DNA of 64,000 nucleotides, from contig JBGSKV010000083.1 of assembly GCA_041740975.1 (NCBI GenBank), positions 87,806 to 151,805 on the forward strand, given 5' to 3'. Every line of letters begins with the position of its first letter. Positions within the stretch are counted from its first letter, which is position 1. Positions 1-9,094 of the stretch are shown in pieces. The DNA is from Oligoflexales bacterium (GTDB lineage: Bacteria; Bdellovibrionota_B; Oligoflexia; Oligoflexales; JALZUQ01). The translations under genes and the position numbers were made by a program. The notes beneath the pieces are model-generated. The model was not told where the DNA came from. It saw only the letters and a list, made by a program, of their open reading frames with translations, and ran no database searches.

Positions 1-50
1 TGGCTGGTTACATTTATGTTCTTCGCCGCGGCGCATTGGAGTGGAACTAA
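1..50 (+). CDS. nuoA: 3' end of a NuoA-like (NADH-quinone oxidoreductase subunit A) gene; start lies upstream of the window
   Basis: Reading from nt 3 gives AGYIYVLRRGALEWN followed by TAA at 48-50. This resembles the conserved NuoA/ND3 C-terminus (E. coli ...AGLVYLVRIGALDW...). Only 15 residues are visible. Confidence 0.5.
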   Translation, partial: AGYIYVLRRGALEWN

Positions 51-1154
51 ATGCTCGAAACTGTTTTGGGTTTTTTCCGTGAAAATGATTTTTGGCTTGA
101 GTTTCTCATCACGGTCATAAAAATCATTGTGGTTTTTGGGATTTGTGCGCAAATCCCGCCGTTTATGGTTTGGTTTGAACGACGCGCGCCCGCTTTTATG
201 CAACGTCGTAAGGGTCCGAACCGGGTCGGGCTTTTTGGTTTTCGTTTATTCGGACTTATTCAGCCACTTGCTGATACGATTAAGCTTATTTTTAAAGAAG
301 AAGTGGTCCCTACGGGAGCACACAAGTTTTTTTATCATATCGCACCCGTCTTTAGCTTGTTCACCTCTTTAATGGTGGCGGCGGCGATTCCATTTGGTCC
401 ACCTCTGGTTATTTTGGGCCGAACGATCACACTTAGCGTGGTCAATTTGGACGTTGGATTCTTGTTTATATTCGCTTTATCGAGTCTCGGTGTGTACGGC
501 ATCACCTTAGCTGGTTACTCCAGTAATAATAAATACTCTTTGATGGGGGCCCTACGCGCTGCGGCTCAAATGATTAGTTACGAAATCCCACTGGGACTTT
601 CGCTGATTCCCATCGTCATTATCTTCGGTACATTAGACCTCAACAGCATTGTCGTAGCACAAGCCAACGTATGGGATTGGGGTATTTTCCGCGCGCCGAT
701 TTCTTTCTTCTTATTTGTGATCGCAATGTTCGCAGAAACCAACCGCGCGCCTTTTGACTTGGCAGAGAGTGAAGCAGAACTGGTGGCGGGTTTTCACACC
801 GAATATAACTCTTTCAAATTCTCGCTCTTTTACTTTGGCGAGTACGTTTCTATGTTCGTGCTTTCTTGCCTCGCCTCTATTTGTTTCTTTGGCGGTTGGC
901 AAACAGGCTTCATTAGTCAGAACGATCTCACATCCCTTCTCTTTGGTATTCAGCCACTGGCGGTGTTGGTCGGCGTCTTGATGACCTTCCTTAAAGCGTC
1001 TTTTTTTATGTGGTTGTTTGTTTGGGTCCGTTGGACATTGCCTCGTTTCCGCTATGACCAGCTGATGAACCTGGGCTGGAAGTTTATGATGCCAATTGGT
1101 TTGTTTAATATCGTTTTGACTGCCGTTATCGCTGGCGCGATAGCGTTTAAGTAA
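51..1154 (+). CDS. nuoH: NADH-quinone oxidoreductase subunit H
   Basis: 367-aa polytopic ORF. FERRAPAFMQRRKGPNRVG and AETNRAPFDLAESEAELVAGFHTEY are hallmark NuoH/ND1 motifs. The ATG directly follows the upstream stop. Confidence 0.95.
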   Translation: MLETVLGFFRENDFWLEFLITVIKIIVVFGICAQIPPFMVWFERRAPAFMQRRKGPNRVGLFGFRLFGLIQPLADTIKLIFKEEVVPTGAHKFFYHIAPVFSLFTSLMVAAAIPFGPPLVILGRTITLSVVNLDVGFLFIFALSSLGVYGITLAGYSSNNKYSLMGALRAAAQMISYEIPLGLSLIPIVIIFGTLDLNSIVVAQANVWDWGIFRAPISFFLFVIAMFAETNRAPFDLAESEAELVAGFHTEYNSFKFSLFYFGEYVSMFVLSCLASICFFGGWQTGFISQNDLTSLLFGIQPLAVLVGVLMTFLKASFFMWLFVWVRWTLPRFRYDQLMNLGWKFMMPIGLFNIVLTAVIAGAIAFK

Positions 1155-1166
1155 GGAGTTTGCTTC

Positions 1167-1697
1167 TTGGGTGAATGGATTGCATTTGGGGCTCTGGCCG
1201 GCACAATTATTATGTGTGCTTTATTCGTCGTGTTGGGCCGTAACCCTGTCGGTTGTGCGATTGCCTTAGTCATAAAGCTTTTCGCTTTAGCGGGAATGTA
1301 CGGCGTGATTGGCGCAGATTTTTTGGCGGCCATTCAGGTTATCATTTATGCCGGTGCGATTATGGTTCTCTTTACATTTGTTATTATGCTTTTGAACGTT
1401 CCTCCCGACTCGCGCTCGCGATGGGATCGACCACCAGTAGAGTTTTTGATGGTGGGGTTATCGGTGCTGGCGCTTTTCGGAGTTGGAATTTATTTGATCT
1501 TTGGAGCGTTTGCGGGCGAAGGCGTGGAAGTTCTTACCCGTAGTTTGGTTACGGAGCAAGGTGGCAATACTTTGATGATCGGTCGCCTTCTTTTTTCCAA
1601 GTATGTTTGGCCTTTTGAACTGGCCTCAATACTTATTTTAATGGCGATTATCGCCAGCATCGTCATCGCAAAAAAATATAACACTGAGGAATCATAA
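1167..1697 (+). CDS. nuoJ: NADH-quinone oxidoreductase subunit J
   Basis: TTG start 8 nt after AAGGAG (1153-1158). 176 aa, multi-[28 protein letters not shown] is typical of NuoJ/ND6. Confidence 0.9.
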   Translation: MGEWIAFGALAGTIIMCALFVVLGRNPVGCAIALVIKLFALAGMYGVIGADFLAAIQVIIYAGAIMVLFTFVIMLLNVPPDSRSRWDRPPVEFLMVGLSVLALFGVGIYLIFGAFAGEGVEVLTRSLVTEQGGNTLMIGRLLFSKYVWPFELASILILMAIIASIVIAKKYNTEES

Positions 1698-1699
1698 CT

Positions 1700-2002
1700 A
1701 TGGTGCCTGCCGAATATTATTTCTTATTGGCGATGGTGGTGTTTCTTCTGGGCGTGGCCGGGGTGCTATACCGCCAAAACCTCATTATGATTTTGATGTC
1801 TATCGAGCTCATGTTGAATGCGGTCAACTTGGTTTTTGTAGCGGCTTCGCGGACGGTCGGAAATGTTGACGGCCAAATTATGGTTTTCTTTGTTATGACC
1901 GTAGCAGCTTGTGAAGCCGCCGTCGGCTTGGCAATGGTGATTGCTCTGTATCGACGTTACGGTACTGTCGAGACCAACTTCTTACGCGCGTTGAGGGGGT
2001 AG
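1700..2002 (+). CDS. nuoK: NADH-quinone oxidoreductase subunit K
   Basis: 100 aa, 3 [17 protein letters not shown] and [11 protein letters not shown] motifs of NuoK/ND4L. Starts 2 nt after the nuoJ stop. Confidence 0.93.
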   Translation: MVPAEYYFLLAMVVFLLGVAGVLYRQNLIMILMSIELMLNAVNLVFVAASRTVGNVDGQIMVFFVMTVAACEAAVGLAMVIALYRRYGTVETNFLRALRG

Positions 2003-2006
2003 CCGA

Positions 2007-3935
2007 ATGCTTTGGGCCATCATCTTCGCTCCACTCTGCGGTGCTATTTTAAACGGATTGATTTTGCGCACGGCGAGTCCACGCACTTCCCATTTGGTTG
2101 GGGTGGGTGCGATGGCAGTATCGTTCACGTGCACAATCATTTTATTTTCAAAGTTTATGGCCAGTGGCGGACAGGCTCAAGTTTATGAGGGCATGCGCTG
2201 GATGGAGGCCGGAGACTTTTCGGCACCGCTGAATTTTATTCTCGACCGCTTATCGGCGATGATGCTTTTGATCATCACGGGAATTGGTCTTCTCATTCAT
2301 ATTTACGCCGGTGGTTATATGCATGAAGAGAAAGCCACGTGGCGTTTCTTCGCATATACCAATCTCTTTGCTTTTATGATGCTTCTCCTGGTTCTGGGCG
2401 ACAACATGCTGGTCATGTTTATCGGATGGGAAGGTGTGGGTCTTTGCAGTTATTTATTGATTGGCTACTGGTACGAGTCCGATGCAAACGCGGCGGCAGG
2501 CATGAAGGCCTTTATTGTTAACCGAATTGGTGACATTGGATTTTTGATCGCGATATTTTTGACTTGGATATATTTTGGAACAGTCTCCTTCACGGAACTT
2601 AAAGTCATAGTGATGGGAAGCTCCGGTTTAACGACGCTGCAATTGAATATTGTGGGCTACCTCACCTTAGCGTTGTTCCTTGGGGTTTGCGGTAAGTCGG
2701 CACAACTTCCTTTGTATGTTTGGCTGCCGGATGCGATGGCGGGTCCGACGCCAGTTTCCGCTCTTATCCACGCTGCGACCATGGTTACCGCTGGTATCTA
2801 TCTTATGACACGCGTGAACTTTTTGTTCTACTTGGCTCCCTTTACGCAAAGTGTTGTAGCTATTGTGGGGGCTTTAACAGCTCTTTTTGCGGCGACGATC
2901 GCCATAACACAGACTGATATCAAAAAAGTCTTGGCCTACTCGACCGTGAGTCAGCTCGGCTTTATGGTCTTGGCTTGCGGTGTGGGCTCGCATGAAGCGG
3001 GCGTTTTTCATCTTCTCACGCATGCATGCTTTAAAGCGCTTTTGTTCTTGGGCGCAGGCAGTGTGATCGTAGCCATGCATCACAAACAAAATATGCTCGA
3101 AATGGGTGGGCTCAAAAAATACATGCCGATTACGCACGCCGTCATGTTGGTGGGCGTTTTGGCAATTATCGGATTTCCGGGCTTTTCAGGATTTTTCTCC
3201 AAAGACGAAATCCTTTGGCGGGCATTCAACTATCCCAATATCGGCAAAGCTCTTTGGGCGATTGGTGCGATCTCAGCGGTATGTACTTCGTTCTATATGG
3301 TGCGACTGCTTTGTCTGACGTTTTACGGTGCCAATCGTAGCGATCACCATACTCAAGAGCATTTGCATGAAACGCCTTGGCATATGTGGGCGCCGCTCAT
3401 TGTTTTGGCTATTTTAAGTGCAGGTATGGGATATATCGGTATCCCGCCGGTTTTTGGTGTTGAAAACTACTTCGCCCATTATCTCCATGAAGTGATTGCC
3501 ATGCCGCCTCAAGCCGCAGAGCATTGGGCTTTTTTGAAAGAACCACATAGCCATGCACTAGAATTTGCGGTGATGGGCGTATCAGTTCTTGGAATGATTC
3601 TAGGGTCTGGATTCGCAATCTCTTTATATAAGAATGGCGTTTCACCGCGTGCCGTCAGTTTGCAGCAGCGTTTTCCACGCCTGCATGCTTTAGTGACCGA
3701 CAAATACCGAGTCGACGAATTTTACGACAGCGTCTTTGTTCAACCTCTCAAAGATTTGTCGGCATTTTTGTTTCGTGTGTTTGATGTTGTGATTGTCGAC
3801 GGCATTGTCAATGGCACGGCGCAACTTTGTGTGATGATCGGCGGTCTCGCTAGCTTTAAGATGACCGGCAATGTACATCGCCATGCCATGATTTTTATGG
3901 TGGGTCTGATTTGTTTACTTCTAACTTTATTTTAG
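2007..3935 (+). CDS. nuoL: NADH-quinone oxidoreductase subunit L
   Basis: 642-aa antiporter-like subunit. FIGWEGVGLCSYLLIGYW and SAQLPLYVWLPDAMAGPTPVSALIHAATMVTAG. Long C-terminal extension as in NuoL/ND5. Confidence 0.95.
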   Translation: MLWAIIFAPLCGAILNGLILRTASPRTSHLVGVGAMAVSFTCTIILFSKFMASGGQAQVYEGMRWMEAGDFSAPLNFILDRLSAMMLLIITGIGLLIHIYAGGYMHEEKATWRFFAYTNLFAFMMLLLVLGDNMLVMFIGWEGVGLCSYLLIGYWYESDANAAAGMKAFIVNRIGDIGFLIAIFLTWIYFGTVSFTELKVIVMGSSGLTTLQLNIVGYLTLALFLGVCGKSAQLPLYVWLPDAMAGPTPVSALIHAATMVTAGIYLMTRVNFLFYLAPFTQSVVAIVGALTALFAATIAITQTDIKKVLAYSTVSQLGFMVLACGVGSHEAGVFHLLTHACFKALLFLGAGSVIVAMHHKQNMLEMGGLKKYMPITHAVMLVGVLAIIGFPGFSGFFSKDEILWRAFNYPNIGKALWAIGAISAVCTSFYMVRLLCLTFYGANRSDHHTQEHLHETPWHMWAPLIVLAILSAGMGYIGIPPVFGVENYFAHYLHEVIAMPPQAAEHWAFLKEPHSHALEFAVMGVSVLGMILGSGFAISLYKNGVSPRAVSLQQRFPRLHALVTDKYRVDEFYDSVFVQPLKDLSAFLFRVFDVVIVDGIVNGTAQLCVMIGGLASFKMTGNVHRHAMIFMVGLICLLLTLF

Positions 3936-3947
3936 TGTGGCGGAACT

Positions 3948-5540
3948 GTGGATTTTATTAACCAGCATATATTGAGTTTCTTGATCTTTTTTCCATTTGT
4001 GGTGGGGGGATTGATTTTCTTTATCCCAAATTTGCGACTTGCAAAAATCACCGCTATGCTTGGATCTATTGTTACTTTCCTCGCGAGCCTGCATGTTTGG
4101 TATTATTTCGATGGATCCCAATCCGGGCTTCAGTTCTTTCAGTCGTACCAGTGGATCCCGCAGTTTGGGATTAAATATATCGTTGGAATTGACGGCCTCA
4201 GTTTGCTCCTTGTTGTCCTTGCGACCTTTCTCACTCCACTTGTTTTTCTGAGCCTTTGGAATTCAGATGGCAAGCGCCCGAAAGCCCTGCTGGGACTTGT
4301 CCTCTTGCTAGAAGCAGGAATGCTTGGCTCACTTCTCGCGCTCGATTTGGTTTTCTTTTACGTTTTTTGGGAAGCCATGCTGATCCCGATGTATTTTATC
4401 ATTGGTGTCTGGGGTGGCGCGCGCCGAATCTACGCAACGATGAAGTTTGTGATCTATACGGTTGTCGGGTCTCTTCTTATGTTGGTAGCCGCGCTCGTCA
4501 TGTACTACGCGCACTACCGGGAGTTCGGATTCTTTTCGACCAGTTTGTTAGACCTTTATAAACTGAATTTGCCGATGCATGTGCAGATGCCGATCTTCTT
4601 GGCCTTTGCTTTAGCTTTTGCGATCAAAGTTCCCTTGTGGCCTTTCCATACTTGGCTTCCCGATGCTCATGTCGAAGCACCAACTATCGGCTCCGTCATC
4701 CTCGCCGGTGTCTTACTAAAACTCGGTACGTACGGATTTGTACGATATGCGATCCCCTTGTTTCCAGATGCAACGATTATGTTCGCTCCCGTTCTGATGA
4801 GTTTGGGCGTGATTGGTATCATTTATGGTGCACTCACGGCTTGGGTCCAAGAGGACGCGAAAAAACTCGTGGCGTACTCTTCCGTCTCGCATTTAGGTTT
4901 CGTAGTCTTGGGATCTGTTGCCATTGTGGGCGATGGATTATCTCCTGAAGCTCTGACCGGTGCCATGTACCAGATGATCAATCACGGTATCAGCACGGGT
5001 GCTCTATTCTTTTTGGTCGGCTGTATTTACGAACGTCGTCACACAAGACTTTTGTCCGACTTCGGCGGAATCGCCAAAGTTATGCCTTGGTTTGCAGTTA
5101 TGCTGATCATTGCGACTCTCGGTTCAGTGGGTTTGCCAGGTACGGGTGGATTTATAGGCGAGTTTTTGATCTTACTCGGAACTTTCAATGCATCACCACT
5201 TCTTGCGGTACTCGCGAGCTTGGGCGTACTTCTCGGTGCCATTTACATGTTGAAGCTATGCAAAGCGATATTGTTTGGGCCGCTGGACAAAGATGAAAAC
5301 AAAGAATTAAAAGATATAAGTTTACTGGAAGCCGGCTACCTAGTGCCACTTGCCGTGCTTGTTATTGTAATGGGAGTTTTCCCAAATTTCTTTATAGATA
5401 AAACGCGAGCCTCCATCAATCACCTCGCTAAAAACTTTAAGAACTATGAATTGTCGGTAAGTGGAATGGCGGCAGAAAAAGCGCCAGCCGAAACCACACA
5501 GGTTCCGCAGCCTGCCAAAACCGAAGCCGGAAAAGGATAG
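3948..5540 (+). CDS. nuoM: NADH-quinone oxidoreductase subunit M
   Basis: GTG start, 530 aa. FYVFWEAMLIPMYFIIGVWGG and WPFHTWLPDAHVEAPTIGSVILAGVLLKLGTYG match NuoM/ND4. Confidence 0.93.
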   Translation: MDFINQHILSFLIFFPFVVGGLIFFIPNLRLAKITAMLGSIVTFLASLHVWYYFDGSQSGLQFFQSYQWIPQFGIKYIVGIDGLSLLLVVLATFLTPLVFLSLWNSDGKRPKALLGLVLLLEAGMLGSLLALDLVFFYVFWEAMLIPMYFIIGVWGGARRIYATMKFVIYTVVGSLLMLVAALVMYYAHYREFGFFSTSLLDLYKLNLPMHVQMPIFLAFALAFAIKVPLWPFHTWLPDAHVEAPTIGSVILAGVLLKLGTYGFVRYAIPLFPDATIMFAPVLMSLGVIGIIYGALTAWVQEDAKKLVAYSSVSHLGFVVLGSVAIVGDGLSPEALTGAMYQMINHGISTGALFFLVGCIYERRHTRLLSDFGGIAKVMPWFAVMLIIATLGSVGLPGTGGFIGEFLILLGTFNASPLLAVLASLGVLLGAIYMLKLCKAILFGPLDKDENKELKDISLLEAGYLVPLAVLVIVMGVFPNFFIDKTRASINHLAKNFKNYELSVSGMAAEKAPAETTQVPQPAKTEAGKG

Positions 5541-5542
5541 CG

Positions 5543-7027
5543 ATGAATAGCATAGCGCCCGTAATTGAACTTGAAATGTATCTGGCGGCAATGCCCGTTC
5601 TTATACTGAGTGTAGCTTCCATCATTGCCATGCTTCAGTCGGTATATGTCACGATTGGCAGCACGAAGAAAGTTTACGTCCTTTGTTTAGTATCCTTGAT
5701 TGCGGCATTGATTTCCTCAGCTACAGGATTTGGGCGCCCAGCGACAAGTTTTTTGGGGGGTTCTTATCTTTCTGGAGAACTCGCGAGTTTTGGGCAGGTT
5801 CTCATTCTGGTTCTGGCCATCACAGCGACATTGTTGATGCGCGTAACGTCCGTCTGCAAAGATTTTTTTCGTGGAGAGATCGTCGCATTATTTTTGATGA
5901 TCGTAACTGGCATGATTGTGTTGGTTTCTTCCAATGAAATGCTTTCATTGTTTGTAGGCCTTGAACTGGCTTCTATAGGGCTTTATGCCTTGGTTGGCTA
6001 CATCACCCCAACGCGGCTTAGTCAGGAAGCTGCCATTAAATATTTCGTTCTCGGAGCTTTCTCAACGGGGTTTTTGCTTTTCGGTATGGCCTTACTCTAT
6101 GCGTTCTCAGGGACAATGGTTTTGACAGAAATCGTTTCTAAAGTTGCGGCCAACATCACGCATCCGTGGGTGAAAGTGGGGGCGCTGTTTACTTTTGTTG
6201 GAATAGCTTTCAAGCTGGCATTGGTACCCTTTCATATGTGGGCACCGGACGCTTACGAGGGTGCGCCAACTGGCGTCACCGCATTTATGGCAACCACTGT
6301 AAAAGTCATGATGATCATTGTGGCGATCCGAATCATTGCACCCAGTATGACCGGGATGGTTGGACTTTGGGAGCCGGCATTGTATTTTACAGCTGCGGCT
6401 TCGATGCTTTTCGGAAATTTACTGGCGCTAGTGCAAAGCAGCATGAAACGCATGTTAGCGTATTCTTCTATCGCACACAGTGGCTACATGGCTGTGGCAC
6501 TCGCCGCTCTTGGCGGTTCGGGCGAAATTCCTTTAGATGCGGTTCTTTTTTATCTCCTCTCTTACTGTTTTATATCCATCGGGGCCTTCGCGGTTCTCAT
6601 GTGGCTAGAAAGCAAGGAACTTTCCAATATTCATCTGGATGATTTGAACGGACTTGTGAACAAGTATCCGGTTCCGGCTGCAGTGCTAAGTTTATTTATG
6701 ATTAGTCTTGCGGGCCTTCCACCAACAGCCGGTTTTATGGCGAAGTTTTTCGTCTTTGGTGCGGCCATCGGCGATAATCTCATCACACTTGTGATCATCG
6801 GCGTCATTGGCAGCTGTATTTCTCTTTATTATTACCTTCGCGTCATTGTGCGAATGTACATGTATGACGTTGGCGAGGAGAGTGTTGTTCAGATTCAGCC
6901 GGTGAAGTCTTATGTTCTTGCATCCATCGTTGCGGTTTGTGCTTTGGCGACACTTTTTATGGGAACGCTCCCCAGTGCGGCACTAAATGGTATTAAGAAA
7001 ACCACCGTTGCGTTGATTCCGAAGTAA
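5543..7027 (+). CDS. nuoN: NADH-quinone oxidoreductase subunit N
   Basis: 494 aa. FKLALVPFHMWAPDAYEGAPTGVTAFMAT is the NuoN/ND2 signature. Starts 2 nt after the nuoM stop. Confidence 0.93.
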   Translation: MNSIAPVIELEMYLAAMPVLILSVASIIAMLQSVYVTIGSTKKVYVLCLVSLIAALISSATGFGRPATSFLGGSYLSGELASFGQVLILVLAITATLLMRVTSVCKDFFRGEIVALFLMIVTGMIVLVSSNEMLSLFVGLELASIGLYALVGYITPTRLSQEAAIKYFVLGAFSTGFLLFGMALLYAFSGTMVLTEIVSKVAANITHPWVKVGALFTFVGIAFKLALVPFHMWAPDAYEGAPTGVTAFMATTVKVMMIIVAIRIIAPSMTGMVGLWEPALYFTAAASMLFGNLLALVQSSMKRMLAYSSIAHSGYMAVALAALGGSGEIPLDAVLFYLLSYCFISIGAFAVLMWLESKELSNIHLDDLNGLVNKYPVPAAVLSLFMISLAGLPPTAGFMAKFFVFGAAIGDNLITLVIIGVIGSCISLYYYLRVIVRMYMYDVGEESVVQIQPVKSYVLASIVAVCALATLFMGTLPSAALNGIKKTTVALIPK

Positions 7028-7028
7028 T

Positions 7029-7829
7029 ATGTATCCGATTCTTTTTTCCATTGGTGATTTTGTGGTCCCGGCCTGGCATAGCTTTCTGGCTTTGGGAGCC
7101 ATCGCCGCATATGCAGTCGGAGTTCATCTCAATAAGCGATACCATTTGGGTATTGCAGTCACAGATCTTGCGAAACTTTTTCTGATTTGCTACATCGGTG
7201 GCTATTTAGGGGCAAGGGGATTTGCGGTTTTCTTCGAGCAGCAAGATCTGCCAAATCTTTCGGACAAATTAAAAGCCTTATTTCAAATCGGTCCTATGAC
7301 GCTGTACGGTGGCATTGTAGTCGGTATTGTCTTTGGTTATTTGTACGTGCATATTCGAAAACTTTCTAAAGCCGATCTATTTGATATCAGTATGCCGGCG
7401 GTCGTTATGGGGATTTGTTTAGGACGCATAGGATGTTTTTTAAATGGCGACGATTATGGCAAAATTTTGAAGTTAGACGAGTTTGTGCCTTGGTGGGCCG
7501 TATCGTTCCCGAACCTGGGTGACCGGGTTCAGCAAATCTACCGCTATCCCGTTCAGATTATTGAGTCCGTTGCGTGCGGCATCCTAGTTCTTTTATTGGT
7601 CCGCTACTTTCGTCAGATTCGGGAATACTTTCGTCCTTCCGCGGTCGGATTTATCGCTTTGATTTCTTATTCTCTGATTCGATTTTTTGACGAATACCTT
7701 CGGGGAGATGATAGGGGCTGGATCATTGAAGATGTGCTATCTCCAGCCCAGTTGATCAGTATTTTGATGCTAATCGGTTCGCTTATATTTATTGCGATTT
7801 ATAAACCTCGTCCCTTATCTGACGCCTAG
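7029..7829 (+). CDS. lgt: prolipoprotein diacylglyceryl transferase
   Basis: 266-aa membrane ORF. YGGIVVGIVFGYLY and GRIGCFLNGDDYGK motifs are typical of Lgt. The ATG is 1 nt after the nuoN stop. Confidence 0.9.
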   Translation: MYPILFSIGDFVVPAWHSFLALGAIAAYAVGVHLNKRYHLGIAVTDLAKLFLICYIGGYLGARGFAVFFEQQDLPNLSDKLKALFQIGPMTLYGGIVVGIVFGYLYVHIRKLSKADLFDISMPAVVMGICLGRIGCFLNGDDYGKILKLDEFVPWWAVSFPNLGDRVQQIYRYPVQIIESVACGILVLLLVRYFRQIREYFRPSAVGFIALISYSLIRFFDEYLRGDDRGWIIEDVLSPAQLISILMLIGSLIFIAIYKPRPLSDA

Positions 7830-7837
7830 GGTTCGAA

Positions 7838-9094
7838 TCAAATCTTAAGACTATTTAGGATCAAGTCACTGGTTTTATAAATTGTTTTTGAATTGTCGGC
7901 TTGGACATAAACACTCGGGCCTACCTTCCAAACTTTCATTTCGATAGGCTGACCTTTTTTGAAAGCCACTTGAACCGTGTGATCAGGTTTGGTTGCGTTC
8001 GCACCGGCGGGAGCTGTATCCATAAAGTCTTCAGCCTTGAGCTCGGCCAAGTCGCCAACCAAAAGTCTCGCATTGCCAATGAGTTCGGAAGTCTTTTTGC
8101 CATCCACTGTGACCGATACAACGTCTTCGGCGGCAAAAGAGAAAATTTGTTTGTCGCGAAAATCTGTCAGAGTTTTGCGAAGTTTCCGCTGATCTCGTTC
8201 TCTTTCCAGTTTTATGTAAGTCTCGCCTTTGTTGTCGGTGGCCCAAAGATCGCCATTCACGACCCCAAACTCCAGATGACGAGTTACATTGTCTTCTGTC
8301 GTCCAAGACACCTCATATCTAGCGACAGATTCGCGAAATTTTTTATCGAATGCTTCGCCTGGCTTGTCTTTGATTTCGAGAGCGATAAACGCGTTTACAT
8401 CCGAAATAAATCCCATCACATCCGACTGACTCGTGGGTAGGTTTTGTGGGCTGGTCATCTGAAGCTGATTGTTTTCCATCGCAAACTTAGCAGTAAATGG
8501 TTCGGGTGAGCGGTAAGTAAGCTCTTTGATTCTTCCGGTATCAATCTGAGCAAGCCGTTTATGACGCAAATTAAAAACGGATTTGTTCATAGACTGCTGA
8601 ACTGCGTAGCTTGCTGTATAAACCTTGCCGGTTTCTCCTACACCAACATAGACGTCGTATCCCGTTTGAGCTTTGGTGCCGATGCTGAGGCTATAAATCT
8701 TGCCCTTGGAGTCAAGGAGGCTGATTTTGATTGGCGCGGGATCAAGCTCGTACCGAGCCCATTGATCTTTGGTATCGGCAATAGGTTGGTTGTACTTCAA
8801 GTTTTGAATAGCTTCGACGAGTTGATCGATGGCTTCCTGATCGGCGAACGCTTCAAAAGGTTTCGTCAATTTCCATCCGACTGTCGAGCGGATAAGAGCC
8901 ATTTCGAGGTCTTTTCCATCGGACTTGTTGACCAGAGATATTTGCATGATGTCCTTGGCGGGAAACGAATAAATGAGCTTTTCTGTTTTTTTGGCGCGTT
9001 CCTCATCTTTTGTGGCGCGCGCGTCCCAAATAATCAATCCACCAATCACTAGAATCCCGATCAAAAGAGCGACAACCGTTTTTTGGTTTTTCAC
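7838..9094 (-). CDS. DUF4340-like protein (N-terminal TM anchor, beta-rich periplasmic body) that commonly trails GldG-type ABC modules
   Basis: GTG start overlaps the upstream stop (GTGA at 9091-9094). N-terminal hydrophobic anchor VVALLIGILVIGGLIIW. The family call rests on position after the GldG-like gene and on general composition. Confidence 0.55.
   Translation of the reverse strand: MKNQKTVVALLIGILVIGGLIIWDARATKDEERAKKTEKLIYSFPAKDIMQISLVNKSDGKDLEMALIRSTVGWKLTKPFEAFADQEAIDQLVEAIQNLKYNQPIADTKDQWARYELDPAPIKISLLDSKGKIYSLSIGTKAQTGYDVYVGVGETGKVYTASYAVQQSMNKSVFNLRHKRLAQIDTGRIKELTYRSPEPFTAKFAMENNQLQMTSPQNLPTSQSDVMGFISDVNAFIALEIKDKPGEAFDKKFRESVARYEVSWTTEDNVTRHLEFGVVNGDLWATDNKGETYIKLERERDQRKLRKTLTDFRDKQIFSFAAEDVVSVTVDGKKTSELIGNARLLVGDLAELKAEDFMDTAPAGANATKPDHTVQVAFKKGQPIEMKVWKVGPSVYVQADNSKTIYKTSDLILNSLKI

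Noticed and set aside
127-7110. Many 60-160-aa ORFs in alternative frames or antisense inside the nuo genes (e.g. 127-372, 1253-1543, 4256-4561, 6166-6642).
   Set aside because: They lie entirely within long ORFs that carry unambiguous complex I motifs. They have no RBS and their composition is typical of shadow frames. The same applies to the other nested ORFs throughout the track.
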